Part shown: one piece after another, positions 28,189-39,109 of the stretch | Position numbering within the stretch: position 1 is the first letter of the stretch | Layout of the letters: each line of letters opens with the position of its first letter | Assembly (NCBI GenBank): GCA_963840455.1 | Contig: CAWIYV010000011.1 | Coordinates: 860,580-924,579, forward strand | Length of the DNA: 64,000 nt | Source of the DNA: Nitrospirota bacterium | GTDB lineage: Bacteria; Nitrospirota; UBA9217 | Direction: 5' to 3' | Position numbers and translations under genes: made by a program | The notes under the pieces: generated by a model | Seen by the model: only the letters and a program-made list of their open reading frames with translations | Told to the model about the DNA's origin: nothing | The model's database searches: none

Positions 28189-29058
28189 CTACCCGATCTT
28201 CCGGTATACGGTTGAGGTAATGCGCCGAAGCGGCAGGTCAAAGCCGTGGACGCTCTCGGAGTGCCCCAGGAACAGATACCCGTCAGGCTTCAGCACGCGG
28301 CAGAAGCGGGAAATGAGCCGCTCCTGGGTGCTCCGGTCGAAGTAGATGATGACGTTCCGGCAGAAAATAATGTCCAGCGGATCGGAAAAGGAAAAGCTCT
28401 CTTCCATGAGGTTCAGCCGTTTGAACTGTACGGCAGCCCGCAGCTCGGGCACGATGCGCACAAGGTTCCTTCCCCGGTCCTTGCTCCGGAGAACGTATCG
28501 CTGCTTGAGCGCGTCAGGTACTGCCGCGATCCGGTCTTCGTCGTAGATCCCATCCCTGGCGCGGTCAAGGACCTTGGTGGAAATATCCGTTGCAATGATA
28601 GAGAAGCGGAGCGCCGGATGCTGGTATGCAAATTCGGAAAGCACCATGGCAAGCGTATAGGGCTCCTCGCCTGTCGAACAACCGGCGCTCCAGAGGAACA
28701 ACGGCCTGTCCCTCAGCTTCGACCCCTCCTTCTCTGAAAGAACCTCGGGGAGGATCGTCTTGGCAAGATATTGGAAGTGGGCCGGTTCGCGAAAAAAGTC
28801 GGTCTTGTTCGTGGTCACCGCGTCGAGCATATGGACCAGCTCGCCGCGCCCGTCCTCACCGCGAATGAGCGCGAAGTACTCTTTGAAGGTGGGGATGTTC
28901 AGGGCCCGGAGCCGCTTCTGGAGGCGGGCCTCGAGCATGATCTTCTTGCTCGGCGGCATCTTGATGCCGCATTGGCCGATGATGAACTCGCTGAACCGGC
29001 CGAACTCGGCCTGCGTCATGGCTTTTGCGACCCCGGGGGAATAAGTTCGGTCGTTCAT
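28189..29058 (-). CDS. cheR: Chemotaxis methyltransferase
   Basis: TTNKTDFFRE, WSAGCSTGEEPY, IFCRNVIIYF. Confidence 0.95.
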   Translation of the reverse strand: MNDRTYSPGVAKAMTQAEFGRFSEFIIGQCGIKMPPSKKIMLEARLQKRLRALNIPTFKEYFALIRGEDGRGELVHMLDAVTTNKTDFFREPAHFQYLAKTILPEVLSEKEGSKLRDRPLFLWSAGCSTGEEPYTLAMVLSEFAYQHPALRFSIIATDISTKVLDRARDGIYDEDRIAAVPDALKQRYVLRSKDRGRNLVRIVPELRAAVQFKRLNLMEESFSFSDPLDIIFCRNVIIYFDRSTQERLISRFCRVLKPDGYLFLGHSESVHGFDLPLRRITSTVYRKIG

Positions 29059-29073
29059 GCGTTCATCTGCCGG

Positions 29074-30684
29074 TTATGATCGCGCTTCGCCGCTGCTTTG
29101 ATGCGGACGGCCCCTGTCCGCACCCGGCCGCGGACTGCCGGGGAGCGCATGCGTTCCGGTCCCGGCCGATAGCCGGTCCGTTTCCCGCTCGGCGACCCGA
29201 AAGAAGGCGATCGTGTTCTGCAGCTGATCGGCCTGCGACGCGAGCTCCTCTGCCGTGGACGCGACCTCCTCGGTAGCTCCCGCGTTCTGCTGCACCACCT
29301 GGTTCAGCTGCTGGATGGCATTGTTGATCTGCTCCGCCCCCGATTTCTGCTCCCTGCTCGCTGCGCTGATCTCCTGCACGAGCTCCGCCGTCTTTTGGAT
29401 ATCCGGCACCAGGCGTGACAGCATGGCGCCGGCCTGCTCCGCCACGAGGGCGCCCACTGCAGACAGCTCGCTGATCTCCGCGGCTGCCGCCTGGCTCCGT
29501 TCCGCCAGCTTGCGCACCTCCGCCGCCACGACGGCGAATCCCCTGCCGTGCTCCCCTGCCCGCGCCGCTTCGATCGCCGCGTTCAGGGCCAGCAGGTTCG
29601 TTTGGCGGGCGATCTCCTCGATGATCGAGATCTTCTCGATGATGTTCTTCATCGCCGTCCCGGCCTCTGCCACGGCATTTCCGCTCTCCCGGGCGTCCGC
29701 CGCGGACTTGACCGCCATCTTCTCGGTCTGGGCAGCATTGTCGGCGTTCTGCCTGATGGTCGCGTTCATTTCCTCGATTGATGCCGATGCCTCTTCGGTC
29801 GAGGCGGCCTGCTCCGCGGTGCCCTGGGACATTGCTCCGGCGCCAACCGAGAGCTGCTCGCTTCCCGAGGCGACATTGTTCGCCGCCGTCCTCACGTCGG
29901 CGACCACGCTCCGCAGCTTTTCGACCATGTGCTGCATGGCGATCAGCAGCTGACCCATCTCATCCTTGCCCCATGCCGCGATCGATACATCAAGATGTCC
30001 CGCTGCCAGTTCCGTGGCGATCTTGACACCTTTCCTGAGCGGCAGCGTGATGCTCCGGGTGATGAGCACCGCAATGCTGATGCCCAGCAGGATGGCGCCC
30101 CCTCCCAGCAGCGCAAGCGTTAACGGGGCCTGGCGGGCGGTTTCCACGTTCCGCTGGGAAAGGATCTGGGCCTCGCCGACCTGATCCAGCCGGAACGCGT
30201 TGACCTTATCCACCAGCAGGTTCGCCGCCCCGTTCACCGGCTCCATCGCCCGGTTGCCGGCGGAGGTGCCTTCCTTGGTATACGTGTCGGCCATGCGTTT
30301 TCCCATGTCGTAGAACCGGTCGAACAGGGTCTCCAGCGCCTCGATCTCCTGTATCCCCTTGGCATTGTTCTCTTTGACGAACATCTCCCGGAACGACCGC
30401 GCTCCGTTCCGGAAGCCTTCCGCCGCAGATTCAGCGCTGTTCATGCTTTTCGGATCGCGCGTGGCAGCCACGTCCGTGAGGAACTGCTGTGTCTGCACTA
30501 CCTTGAGCGCCATGGTCTCGGCGAGCAGTGCATGCGGAAGACGCTCATCAGCGAGCAGGCGGGAGTTTGTCTCGATATCCCTGACCGCAATGCTCGTGAG
30601 GAGGATCGCCAGACCGAATACAGCCAGGAGAACGCCGAAACCGAGGAACAGCCGCATGCCGATCTTGAGATCACCTAACTTCAT
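29074..30684 (-). CDS. Methyl-accepting chemotaxis protein
   Basis: 2 TM + HAMP + [30 protein letters not shown]. Confidence 0.95.
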   Translation of the reverse strand: MKLGDLKIGMRLFLGFGVLLAVFGLAILLTSIAVRDIETNSRLLADERLPHALLAETMALKVVQTQQFLTDVAATRDPKSMNSAESAAEGFRNGARSFREMFVKENNAKGIQEIEALETLFDRFYDMGKRMADTYTKEGTSAGNRAMEPVNGAANLLVDKVNAFRLDQVGEAQILSQRNVETARQAPLTLALLGGGAILLGISIAVLITRSITLPLRKGVKIATELAAGHLDVSIAAWGKDEMGQLLIAMQHMVEKLRSVVADVRTAANNVASGSEQLSVGAGAMSQGTAEQAASTEEASASIEEMNATIRQNADNAAQTEKMAVKSAADARESGNAVAEAGTAMKNIIEKISIIEEIARQTNLLALNAAIEAARAGEHGRGFAVVAAEVRKLAERSQAAAAEISELSAVGALVAEQAGAMLSRLVPDIQKTAELVQEISAASREQKSGAEQINNAIQQLNQVVQQNAGATEEVASTAEELASQADQLQNTIAFFRVAERETDRLSAGTGTHALPGSPRPGADRGRPHQSSGEARS

Positions 30685-30743
30685 GGTCCTGTTCCGCCTT
30701 TTTTCCGATGGAGGGTGCGATCTGTCGCGCGCGCACGGTAGCG

Positions 30744-31247
30744 CTACACGATGACCTGTGCAGGCCCTTCCCCCTGCTTTACCAGGGCAAGCTCATCCAT
30801 CGAGAACACCCGGTCAATGTCCAGGATGATGATGAAACGGTCCTGCTGCCTGCCCATACCCTTGATGAACTCCGTCCTGAGCTTGGTCCCGATCCTGGGC
30901 GGCGGCGCGATGCTCGCTGCATCGAGATCGAGCACTTCCTGCACCGAATCGGCGAGCGCGCCCAGTACGACCGTATCATTGTCCACTGAGACCTCGGCGA
31001 TGATGATGCAGGTGTTCACCGTCTTCTCTGTTGCGGTCATGCCGAACTTGAGCCGCAGATCGACGACCGGCACCACGCTCCCCCGGAGATTGATGACCCC
31101 CCGCATGAAATCCGGCGTTCGCGGCACCTTGGTCACGGTGGTGAAGTCCAGCACCTCGCGAACCTTGGTGATATCGAGCGCAAAGATCTCGTCATCCAGC
31201 CTGAAAGTCAGGTACTGCGTCATTTCCGTCAGATCGGGTGTGGCCAT
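30744..31247 (-). CDS. cheW: Chemotaxis adaptor
   Basis: QYLTF.L...GVINLRG.VVPV.DLR. Confidence 0.95.
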   Translation of the reverse strand: MATPDLTEMTQYLTFRLDDEIFALDITKVREVLDFTTVTKVPRTPDFMRGVINLRGSVVPVVDLRLKFGMTATEKTVNTCIIIAEVSVDNDTVVLGALADSVQEVLDLDAASIAPPPRIGTKLRTEFIKGMGRQQDRFIIILDIDRVFSMDELALVKQGEGPAQVIV

Positions 31248-31319
31248 GGCTGCCTCCTGGTGAGATCCGGGAAGCGTGTCACCGCCTGCTTCCCGGCAAT
31301 CCATCGTAGCGCCACTCTC

Positions 31320-33443
31320 TTATGCCTTCGTGTCTTCCCTCTCCACTGTCTGGATGAGCTTGGGCACATCAAGGATGAGCGCAACGCTCCCGTCGCCGAG
31401 GATCGTCGCGCCGGAGAGGCCTTCGAGGCCCTTGTACATCCTGCCGAGGTTCTTGATCACCGTTTGGTGGCCGCCGACCACGTGGTCCACCACGAAGCCT
31501 ACCCGGGCGTTCTCCACCTTCGTGATCACGACCTGTTCGATCGCAGGCCGATCGCCGGATATGCCGAACCGTTCCCGCAGCCGGATGAACGGCACGATCT
31601 CGCCCCGCACGTTCAGGAGATCGCGGTCGCCGGTCTTCGCCAGCGCCGCGGAAAGCTCGACGCATTCATCGACAAGGGACAACGGGAACACGAAGTGGTC
31701 GGTCCCGATCTTGGTCAGGAATCCGTCGATGATGGCGAGGGTCAGGGGTAGTTTGAGCGTGATGGTCGTTCCCGTTCCCCGCGTACTGCCGATCTCCAGG
31801 TTGCCGCGCAGCGCCTCGATCGCCTGCTTCACCACGTCCATGCCGACGCCCCGGCCGGAGACATCGCTCACCTCTTTGGCCGTTGAGAAGCCCGGCGCAA
31901 GAATGAGCGTAAACAGGTCCTTCTCGGACAGCTCCGCGTCCGGGGAGATCATTCCTTTTTCGATGCCTTTTCGGCGGATGGCCTCAACATTGATCCCGGC
32001 TCCGTCGTCCTCGATCCGAATAAGCACGTGTGCGCCGGAGTGGGCGGCCGACAGCCTGATCGTACCGTGGCGCGGCTTCCCCAGAGATTCACGCTCGCCG
32101 GGCATCTCGATGCCGTGATCGATGCAGTTCCGGATGAGATGGACCAGCGGGTCGTGGAGCTTTTCGATGACCGACTTGTCGAGCTCCGTGTCTGCGCCAT
32201 CCATGATGAGCTCCACGCTCTTGCCCAGGTTCTGTGACAGATCGCGCACGACGCGCTTGAACTTCGTGAAGATCGTACCGATGGGAAGCATCCGGATGCT
32301 CATGGTATTATCCCGGAGCTCGGCGGTGAGCCGCTCCACTTCCTCGGCGATGGACAACAGGACTGCGCTTGTCCCTGCCGTCGCCACCTGGGTCAGCCGT
32401 GCCTGTACCGTGACGAGCTCGCCGACAAGGTCCACCAGCTTGTCGAGCTTGCCGGACTGGACCCGGATGCTCATCATCTCTTCGGATTTCTGTCGCTCCC
32501 GCCGGAGTTCGCGCACGTGCTGCTGTTCGGTGAGCGCGGCCTCCACCCGGTCGTTGTCAGCAAGCCCCTTCTCTACAACAATCTCGCCAAAGCGCTTCTG
32601 CTCCGATGAGATGTTCTGCACGTCCGCAGGTGACAGGTCGCCACGCGCCACAAGGATCTCGCCCAGTTTTTTATACTCCTCGTGCTCGGTCAGATCCCCT
32701 TCCATCTCGATTGGCTCGATAAGGATCTCGCTCGAATCCTGCACGAAGATGAACACGTCCTTGATGGCGTTCAATCCGCGTTTTGTGGTCAGGATAACGT
32801 CCCAATAGACGTAGCAGAGCTCGGGATCCAGCGTGTCCAGCGGCGGGATGTCTCCAAGCTGCGCCACGACCCGGCACGAGCCGAGGGAACGGAGCTCGTC
32901 GAGCAGGTTCTGGGGATCGGTCCCGGTCTGGAAAATCGTCCGCGAGGGCCGGAACCGTATCCGATACGTGGCTTGCCGTTGTTCTTCGCTCGCTGACGAT
33001 TCGGCAGGCGGTGCCGGTCGCTTCGTTTTCCGGTTGAAGCCTTCCGGCAGCAGGCCCCGGAAACCGCCGATAATCTGCTCCGTGGCCCCGTGCGCCGCGG
33101 GTTTCTTCCCGTAGAACTCATCGAACAGGGCTGCGATCTGGTCGCGGGCAGCCAGGGTCAGGTCGATGATCTCCCGGGACACCGCCAGCTTGTCATTGCG
33201 AATGGCGTCGTAGACGGTTTCGACCTCATGGGCGAAATGGGATATGTTCTCGAACCCGCAGGCGCCGCCCGATCCCTTGATCGTGTGCAGGGCGCGAAAG
33301 ACCCTGCCGATCACTTCCTTGTCCCGCGGGGCCTCTTCGAGGGCAAGCAGGGCGCTCTCGAGCTCACCGAGGAGCTCGTATGCCTCGCTCTTGAACATCT
33401 CCCGCAGAACATTCAGATCAAAGGCATCGTTCTGTTCGCTCAT
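31320..33443 (-). CDS. cheA: Chemotaxis histidine kinase
   Basis: FRALHTIKG Hpt, HLIRN..DHG, GFSTA..VSDVSGRGVGMDVV, CheW domain. Confidence 0.95.
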   Translation of the reverse strand: MSEQNDAFDLNVLREMFKSEAYELLGELESALLALEEAPRDKEVIGRVFRALHTIKGSGGACGFENISHFAHEVETVYDAIRNDKLAVSREIIDLTLAARDQIAALFDEFYGKKPAAHGATEQIIGGFRGLLPEGFNRKTKRPAPPAESSASEEQRQATYRIRFRPSRTIFQTGTDPQNLLDELRSLGSCRVVAQLGDIPPLDTLDPELCYVYWDVILTTKRGLNAIKDVFIFVQDSSEILIEPIEMEGDLTEHEEYKKLGEILVARGDLSPADVQNISSEQKRFGEIVVEKGLADNDRVEAALTEQQHVRELRRERQKSEEMMSIRVQSGKLDKLVDLVGELVTVQARLTQVATAGTSAVLLSIAEEVERLTAELRDNTMSIRMLPIGTIFTKFKRVVRDLSQNLGKSVELIMDGADTELDKSVIEKLHDPLVHLIRNCIDHGIEMPGERESLGKPRHGTIRLSAAHSGAHVLIRIEDDGAGINVEAIRRKGIEKGMISPDAELSEKDLFTLILAPGFSTAKEVSDVSGRGVGMDVVKQAIEALRGNLEIGSTRGTGTTITLKLPLTLAIIDGFLTKIGTDHFVFPLSLVDECVELSAALAKTGDRDLLNVRGEIVPFIRLRERFGISGDRPAIEQVVITKVENARVGFVVDHVVGGHQTVIKNLGRMYKGLEGLSGATILGDGSVALILDVPKLIQTVEREDTKA

Positions 33444-33474
33444 CGTCCCGCTCTCCCTTCCGCGCGGCGCCCCG

Positions 33475-33831
33475 TCATGGCTCGGGCGCCGGGTCCTGCA
33501 GCCACAGGCAAGGCGTGCGGATATTCTCATGACAGACTGTCTGGCGGGAAAATCCGGAACGGAGCAGCATGGTGCCGAACCGTTCCTGTGCCAGTCCGGT
33601 GATCGTCAGGGTCTTGTTCTGCGCGGCAGCGGTGCGGTGTGCCGAGCACAGCAGTTGCGGAAAGGAGACATCCATGGTGCCGATGTCCTCCACGGCCACC
33701 TCCACCGCGGAGGAGCTCCGTACCGCTGCGAGGAGCTCCACCTTCAATGCTGCGGCGCTGGATACGGTCAGGTCGCCGCCCAGGGTCACGATCGTCCGTT
33801 CACCTTCCTGCCGTCGACGAATGTCCGCCAT
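33475..33831 (-). CDS. STAS-domain protein
   Basis: L.GDLT...D.S..QLL.SAH, located between cheY and cheA. Confidence 0.8.
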   Translation of the reverse strand: MADIRRRQEGERTIVTLGGDLTVSSAAALKVELLAAVRSSSAVEVAVEDIGTMDVSFPQLLCSAHRTAAAQNKTLTITGLAQERFGTMLLRSGFSRQTVCHENIRTPCLWLQDPAPEP

Positions 33832-33848
33832 GGCTCATGACCTCGCTC

Positions 33849-34214
33849 CTATTTCATGAATTTGCTGACGACCGCCAGGAGCTTTTCGGGCGAGAAGGGC
33901 TTCACGACCCATCCGCTCGCGCCCGCGGCCCTGCCTTCTTCCCGCTTCACCACCTGGGACTCCGTGGTCAGCATCAGGATCGGGACGAACTTGTAATCGG
34001 CCATCGACCGGAGCTCCCGGATCAGCGTGATCCCGTCCATCTCCGGCATATTGAGGTCGGTGATCACCATGTCCGCCTTCGCGCTCTTCAGCTTGTCGAG
34101 GGCTTCCCGGCCGTTCGCCGCGAGCAGCACTTCATGTCCGGCCTGCTGGATGGTGAACGCGATCAGCTGTCGCATGGATGCCGAATCATCGATGATCAGG
34201 AACGTTTTCGCCAT
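33849..34214 (-). CDS. cheY: Chemotaxis response regulator
   Basis: IIDDS..MR, TDLNMP.MDG, MLTTES, VKPF. Confidence 0.92.
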   Translation of the reverse strand: MAKTFLIIDDSASMRQLIAFTIQQAGHEVLLAANGREALDKLKSAKADMVITDLNMPEMDGITLIRELRSMADYKFVPILMLTTESQVVKREEGRAAGASGWVVKPFSPEKLLAVVSKFMK

Positions 34215-34710
34215 GCTGCCTCCCGTGGTCAGCGGAAACGGTGCCGCGCCGGCCTGGATCGCTGCCGCCTTTCCGCTACGATACAGGTCCTGCGGTCCTG
34301 CCAGGTCTGCAGCGATCCTCCTCCGGCCGACGATGGTCGTCAACGTCCCATCATACAGGAGGCACCCGGCATCGCCGGAAAAGATCATAGGCCTCAGGAA
34401 AAATGGTCGGTTGCGACCAGACATTGTACAGGAGGAGGCCCTGTACCGGCATGTTGTATTATAGCAAAATATCGCAAAAAAAGGCACCCGGTGCGGCGGA
34501 TATCGCGTTGATAATCAAACGAAGTTCCGGAAGCGGTGAGGCAGGCGGTCCGGGAATGTGCAGTCGGACAGGACGTCCGCTGACGGCAGGAAATGGCTTT
34601 ATAGAGAGCATCCTGGGAGGGCGGCGGGACACGGAGCGGCGATGCCGCGGCTGATGAGCTGAGATTGCTGGAGTGATGCGCTCTCGGGCGCTTTATTTAC
34701 TGTAGCGCAA

Positions 34711-35508
34711 TCAGGCGGCTGCAACGGGAGGCAGCAGGAACACCGGCCAGTGCAACCGCTCGGACTCATCGAGCAGGATCGTAGCGGCCTTCGTCAGCTC
34801 GGACGGGATCGTGCTGCCCGACGGCAGAAGAATGAGCGACACGGCGTGCTCACCGGCGGCCTTCAGGATCTCCTCGTCGGGATAGCCGGAGCGGATCGAT
34901 TCCAGGACCTCGATGCCCTTGTCGGCAAGCGTCTTCTTCAGCTGCTTCACGCTGGAAGCCGTTTCCTTCTTCACGCGCTCCAGCTCCTTTTTCTCTTCCC
35001 TGCTGTAGAGATGGACCGGAACAACGCCGAGCGCCAGCACTTTCGAGCCGGTCGCCAGGGCCTCGTGAACGATCGTATCAAGCGCCGCCGCGGAACTTTT
35101 CGTGTTGTCCACCGGCACGAGAATGGTCCCGGGGACCATGGTGACCGGGCAGGGCAACGATGAAGCGATATCGCGGAACCGGGGCGGAGCGAGCACCAGG
35201 TCCGGCCGAACTGCGCCGACATGGTAGGCGACCCTCTCGCTGGCCGCACCTTCGTCCGTGATGAACGAGACCGTGATTCCGGCAGACATTTCGCCAGTGA
35301 TCGTCTTGGCCTCTTCGAGCTGCCGTGCTGATTCTGAGCGGGCCATCTCTTCCGCCCGGAGACCTGCGTCATAGTCGACATAGAGGTTGCGATCGAAGAC
35401 CTGCAGAACGGTCAGCGACCCGCCGCCTGAACTCTGCACCTTCTGGATGCCGTATTTCAACGCCTTCTTGGCGTGCAATGTACCGTCATAAGCAACAAGG
35501 ATATTCAT
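34711..35508 (-). CDS. Tandem universal stress protein
   Basis: ILVAYDG and ILVPVD USP domains. Confidence 0.88.
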   Translation of the reverse strand: MNILVAYDGTLHAKKALKYGIQKVQSSGGGSLTVLQVFDRNLYVDYDAGLRAEEMARSESARQLEEAKTITGEMSAGITVSFITDEGAASERVAYHVGAVRPDLVLAPPRFRDIASSLPCPVTMVPGTILVPVDNTKSSAAALDTIVHEALATGSKVLALGVVPVHLYSREEKKELERVKKETASSVKQLKKTLADKGIEVLESIRSGYPDEEILKAAGEHAVSLILLPSGSTIPSELTKAATILLDESERLHWPVFLLPPVAAA

Positions 35509-35555
35509 ATGGTCACTCCCTTCTGAGCTCTTATCTTATTCTTATGAACCTATAT

Positions 35556-35572
35556 AGCATGTACCGTGCCAT
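35556..35572 (-). promoter_or_regulatory. sigma54 promoter
   Basis: TGGCAC-GGTAC-ATGCT upstream of the USP gene. Confidence 0.7.
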
Positions 35573-35831
35573 ACTTTATATCATGCAAATACAGATACTT
35601 GGAATTACATCCGCAGTACTTTGACTGCAATCTAGATGCAAGAAAATCCTTAATTGCATTATTTGCTAATGCAAATCGTCGAAATACGCACTAAATAGTT
35701 GCACCAATGGCCAATTCAATCTATTTAAATATCAATAAATTACTAGATGCATAGAGCAAGACATGCATTAATGAAGTGCACCTATTGTCATTTGAAATAA
35801 GTAATATGCATATAATCAATATGATGCCGTA

Positions 35832-35847
35832 TGGCATAGCCATTGCT
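35832..35847 (+). promoter_or_regulatory. sigma54 promoter
   Basis: TGGCAT-AGCCA-TTGCT upstream of the 46-aa ORF. Confidence 0.7.
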
Positions 35848-35882
35848 TTATAGTTATCAAGTTAATTCCAAGGAGGCCGATC

Positions 35883-36023
35883 ATGAAAGAGCTGCTCAAG
35901 AAGTTCGAGAACCTGTGGGTATCAGTGGCTTTCGCTGAAGCCGGTGAGCATGAGACCTTGCAACAGATCCTGGCCGAGGAAACGCATGATGAGACCAGCG
36001 GGGAGATCTGCCCGGCAGCATAG
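35883..36023 (+). CDS. 46-aa FAEAGE-motif small protein (below ORF-track cutoff)
   Basis: RBS aaggagg; MKELLKKFENLWVSVAFAEAGEHETLQQIL...; paralog at 43995-44156. Confidence 0.75.
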   Translation: MKELLKKFENLWVSVAFAEAGEHETLQQILAEETHDETSGEICPAA

Positions 36024-36062
36024 GCAGCCCTGCCGGATCGCAGACCAGGAGGTCGTGCAGAT

Positions 36063-36284
36063 ATGGACAACAACGTGCTTTTCGATGTTCGCTTTGCTGT
36101 GATGTGCAGCATGCTGTTCATGACGGTCGTCGCCGTGACCGCGGAAGAACCGGCCGCCGTTCCCGGTATATTCCAAAAGATGTGGCTCAGGTATCAGCTG
36201 TTCTGGGAAATGAGAAAGATGCGGGCGTCGTCGGCCTCGACAGAGAAGTTCTGGGAGATCGACATGACGAAGTTCGAGCCGTAA
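36063..36284 (+). CDS. Hypothetical small membrane protein
   Basis: RBS aggagg; one hydrophobic segment. Confidence 0.55.
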   Translation: MDNNVLFDVRFAVMCSMLFMTVVAVTAEEPAAVPGIFQKMWLRYQLFWEMRKMRASSASTEKFWEIDMTKFEP

Positions 36285-36298
36285 ACAGCCTCCCTTGC

Positions 36299-36499
36299 TT
36301 ACGCCAGCCGGGACACTTCAAAGAGGACATAGACGAGCAGGCCGAAGGGCCCGAAGCTCACGACATTTGATGTCGCACTCCTGACGAACGACCGATACAG
36401 ATCGACCCTTCCGATCATCGCCGGCACCATGAGCGAGCCAATCAGCATCTGCATGATGAGAAACCAACCTGACTGCTGCATTACATGTTCCAGTTCCAT
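36299..36499 (-). CDS. Hypothetical small membrane protein
   Basis: RBS ggag; two hydrophobic segments. Confidence 0.5.
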   Translation of the reverse strand: MELEHVMQQSGWFLIMQMLIGSLMVPAMIGRVDLYRSFVRSATSNVVSFGPFGLLVYVLFEVSRLA

Positions 36500-36550
36500 T
36501 GCCCTTCTCCCTTAGCTGCTGTTCTTGTCTTCTGTTGAAATACGTACAGC

Positions 36551-36578
36551 AAAGCCTCCCCCTGAGGGGAGGCTTTTT
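36551..36578. terminator. Rho-independent terminator
   Basis: aaagcctccc-cctga-gggaggcttttt hairpin. Confidence 0.7.
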
Positions 36579-36594
36579 GCGTATACCCTCGTCG

Positions 36595-37026
36595 TTACAT
36601 CGTCTTCGTTGAGATCGCCGCGACGTTCATCTTCGCTGCTTCGCCGGCCAGTTCGGACCCGGCAAGGGCCTTCTGGTACTTGTTGATGATGGTTTTGAAC
36701 TTCGGCGGGCAGAGCAGCACGTCGACATGCTCGGCCTTCGCGAAGCTGATCATTTCCTGCTCCGGATCCCCTTCGGTGCTGTAAAGGCTCGCCTTCACGC
36801 CCGTGCCCTTCTCACGGATGATGATCTTGGCCTCTTCGACGAAACGAGCCGCCTCCGCCTTCGCCGCGTCACGGGTGTTCACCGTGGCATCGTAGTCAGC
36901 GAACATCGGGCTGTTGAACACATGGAGCGCCACCACCTCGCCGCCTTTTGCGCGAGCCTTATCAATCCCGTAAGCCAGAGCTTCCTTCGCCTGCAGTGTC
37001 CCGTCATAAGCAACCATGATCTTCAT
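36595..37026 (-). CDS. Universal stress protein
   Basis: MKIMVAYDG; paralogous to the N-domain of 34711-35508. Confidence 0.88.
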   Translation of the reverse strand: MKIMVAYDGTLQAKEALAYGIDKARAKGGEVVALHVFNSPMFADYDATVNTRDAAKAEAARFVEEAKIIIREKGTGVKASLYSTEGDPEQEMISFAKAEHVDVLLCPPKFKTIINKYQKALAGSELAGEAAKMNVAAISTKTM

Positions 37027-37084
37027 TTTTGTATCCTCCTTGAGATTTTTTATGAGTTCTTTGCTTGCTCTTTGCCTTGTATAT

Positions 37085-37100
37085 AGCAGGACGCGTGCCA
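37085..37100 (-). promoter_or_regulatory. sigma54 promoter
   Basis: TGGCAC-GCGTC-CTGCT. Confidence 0.7.
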
Positions 37101-37217
37101 AAATATTGCGCCTGAAATATCAATGGGTTGCGGAATAGATGCAGTTTTTCTACTGCACAAGGATATGCAAAGTATTACTGCGGAGCAGGCAGAATAGGGA
37201 TTAGGAAAGGTAAACAG

Positions 37218-38609
37218 CTACTTGGCGGTGGCTATGGACTCCAGGTCGATGCCGAGAAGTCGGACCTTCTGCTGGAGGTTCTGGCGGTGGATGTGGAGCA
37301 GGCGCGCTGCCTCCGAGATGTTGCCACCGGATTCGATGAGCGCGGCCATGATGATGCTCCGCTCGAACTGGTGCTTGGCGTCCCTGAGCGGCATGAGCGG
37401 TATCGTCCGGGCCTCTTCGCCCAGCTTTCGCTCCTCGGATATGTACTTCGGCAGGTCTTCCTTCTGGATCGTCGGGCCCGCGGTGAAGGCGATGGCATAC
37501 TCCACGGAATTCTCGAGCTCCCGGACGTTGCCGGGAAAATGGTAGTTCATCAGCGCCTGCATGGCGTCCTTGGTGATACCATTGAGGTTCTTTTCCGTGA
37601 CCTTGACCTTGTGCTTGTCGACGAAGTGGTTGACGAGCAGCGGGATGTCCTCGGTGCGTTTCCGAAGCGGTGGCAGCTCGATGGGGATCACGTTCAGACG
37701 ATAGTAGAGGTCCTCGCGGAACAGCTTCTCAGCGATGGATTTTTTCAGGTCCCGGTTCGTTGCCGCAATGACGCGGACGTTGACCCGCCGGGGCTGGGTG
37801 TCGCCGATGCGCGTGAACTCGCCTTCCTGCAGAATGCGCAGGAGCTTGACCTGCAGCTGAGGCGCCAGCTCGCCGATCTCGTCGAGGAACAGGGTCCCCT
37901 TGTCCGCCTCCTCCACCAGGCCCCGCTTGTCGGCCACGGCTCCGGTGAACGCGCCCTTCACGTGGCCGAAAAGCTCGGACTCGATGAGGCCCTCGGGAAT
38001 GGCCCCGCAGTTCACGGTCACAAACTTCTTCCGGGCACGGACGCTGTTGGAATGGATCGCGCGCGCCACAAGTTCCTTGCCGGTCCCGCTCTCTCCGGTG
38101 ACCATCACGCTGGACTCGCTCGAGGCTGCGTGGCGCATGATGCGGAAGACCTCTCGGATCTCGGGGCTGTTGCCGATGATGTTCTGGAAGGAGTACCGCG
38201 TCTCGATCTGCGTCCGGAGGGCGATGTTCTCCTGCTCGAGCCGCTTTTTCTCCAGGGCGCGGCGCAGCGGCAGCCGCACCTCGTCGGGCGTGAAGGGCTT
38301 GGGGATGTAGTCGTAGACGCCCTTCTTGACCGCGTCCACGGCCGATGGAATCGTCCCGTAGGCGGTAATGATGATGAAAATGCTGTCGGACTCGATCTCC
38401 CGGACCTTGTCATAGAACTGGAGGCCGTCCATGACCGGCATCTTGAGATCGGACACGATCAGGTCGTAAACGTCCTTCCGGACCATCTCCACGGCGTCGA
38501 CGCTGCTGATCGTGGTGGTCACGTCCAGTCCTTCGAGCTCAAGGATCGCCTTGACGGCCTCGCACACGCTTGACTCGTCATCGACAACGAGCGCCCGCAG
38601 CTTATCCAT
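37218..38609 (-). CDS. sigma54-dependent response regulator (NtrC-like)
   Basis: REC + GESGTGKE + GAFTGA + HTH. Confidence 0.95.
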   Translation of the reverse strand: MDKLRALVVDDESSVCEAVKAILELEGLDVTTTISSVDAVEMVRKDVYDLIVSDLKMPVMDGLQFYDKVREIESDSIFIIITAYGTIPSAVDAVKKGVYDYIPKPFTPDEVRLPLRRALEKKRLEQENIALRTQIETRYSFQNIIGNSPEIREVFRIMRHAASSESSVMVTGESGTGKELVARAIHSNSVRARKKFVTVNCGAIPEGLIESELFGHVKGAFTGAVADKRGLVEEADKGTLFLDEIGELAPQLQVKLLRILQEGEFTRIGDTQPRRVNVRVIAATNRDLKKSIAEKLFREDLYYRLNVIPIELPPLRKRTEDIPLLVNHFVDKHKVKVTEKNLNGITKDAMQALMNYHFPGNVRELENSVEYAIAFTAGPTIQKEDLPKYISEERKLGEEARTIPLMPLRDAKHQFERSIIMAALIESGGNISEAARLLHIHRQNLQQKVRLLGIDLESIATAK

Positions 38610-38677
38610 GGGACCCGTCCTCGTCGTGCATGCTCATCAGCATCAGCCCCGCTCCTGCCCGGTCACCGCCGGCCGCC

Positions 38678-39109
38678 TCAGCGGCCCGGCGCATCATTTC
38701 CCTTCCGGCCATTGTCCGTTCCGCCAGCCGTCTGCCGGTCCTGCAAAAGCTTCAATCGCTGGCGGATCGACAGGCGGAGCTCCTCGGGTGTGAAGGGTTT
38801 CTCAAGGAATTCGTACATGCCCTTCTTCACCGCATCGACGGCCGTACCCATCGAGCTGTACGCCGTGATCAGAATGAACATACTCGTATTCCCGAGCTCC
38901 CGGACCTTCTCATACAACTGCATACCGTCCAGTTCGGGCATCTTCAGGTCGGACACGATCAGGTCATAAGCGTTCTCCCGCACGAGGTTCAGGGCGTGCG
39001 TGCTGCTCGTCGTGGTCGTGACCGCAAAGCCCTCTGGTTCGAGTATCGACCTGACCGCTTCGCAGACGCCTTCCTCGTCGTCGATCACCAATGCATTGAA
39101 CTTACCCAT
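38678..39109 (-). CDS. Stand-alone response regulator receiver
   Basis: VIDDE, SDLKMP, KPF; close paralog of the downstream REC domain. Confidence 0.9.
   Translation of the reverse strand: MGKFNALVIDDEEGVCEAVRSILEPEGFAVTTTTSSTHALNLVRENAYDLIVSDLKMPELDGMQLYEKVRELGNTSMFILITAYSSMGTAVDAVKKGMYEFLEKPFTPEELRLSIRQRLKLLQDRQTAGGTDNGRKGNDAPGR

Noticed and set aside
33155-33164. GGGTCAGGTC match inside cheA
   Set aside because: In coding sequence, without the second arm or CCTNAGG palindrome; likely chance.
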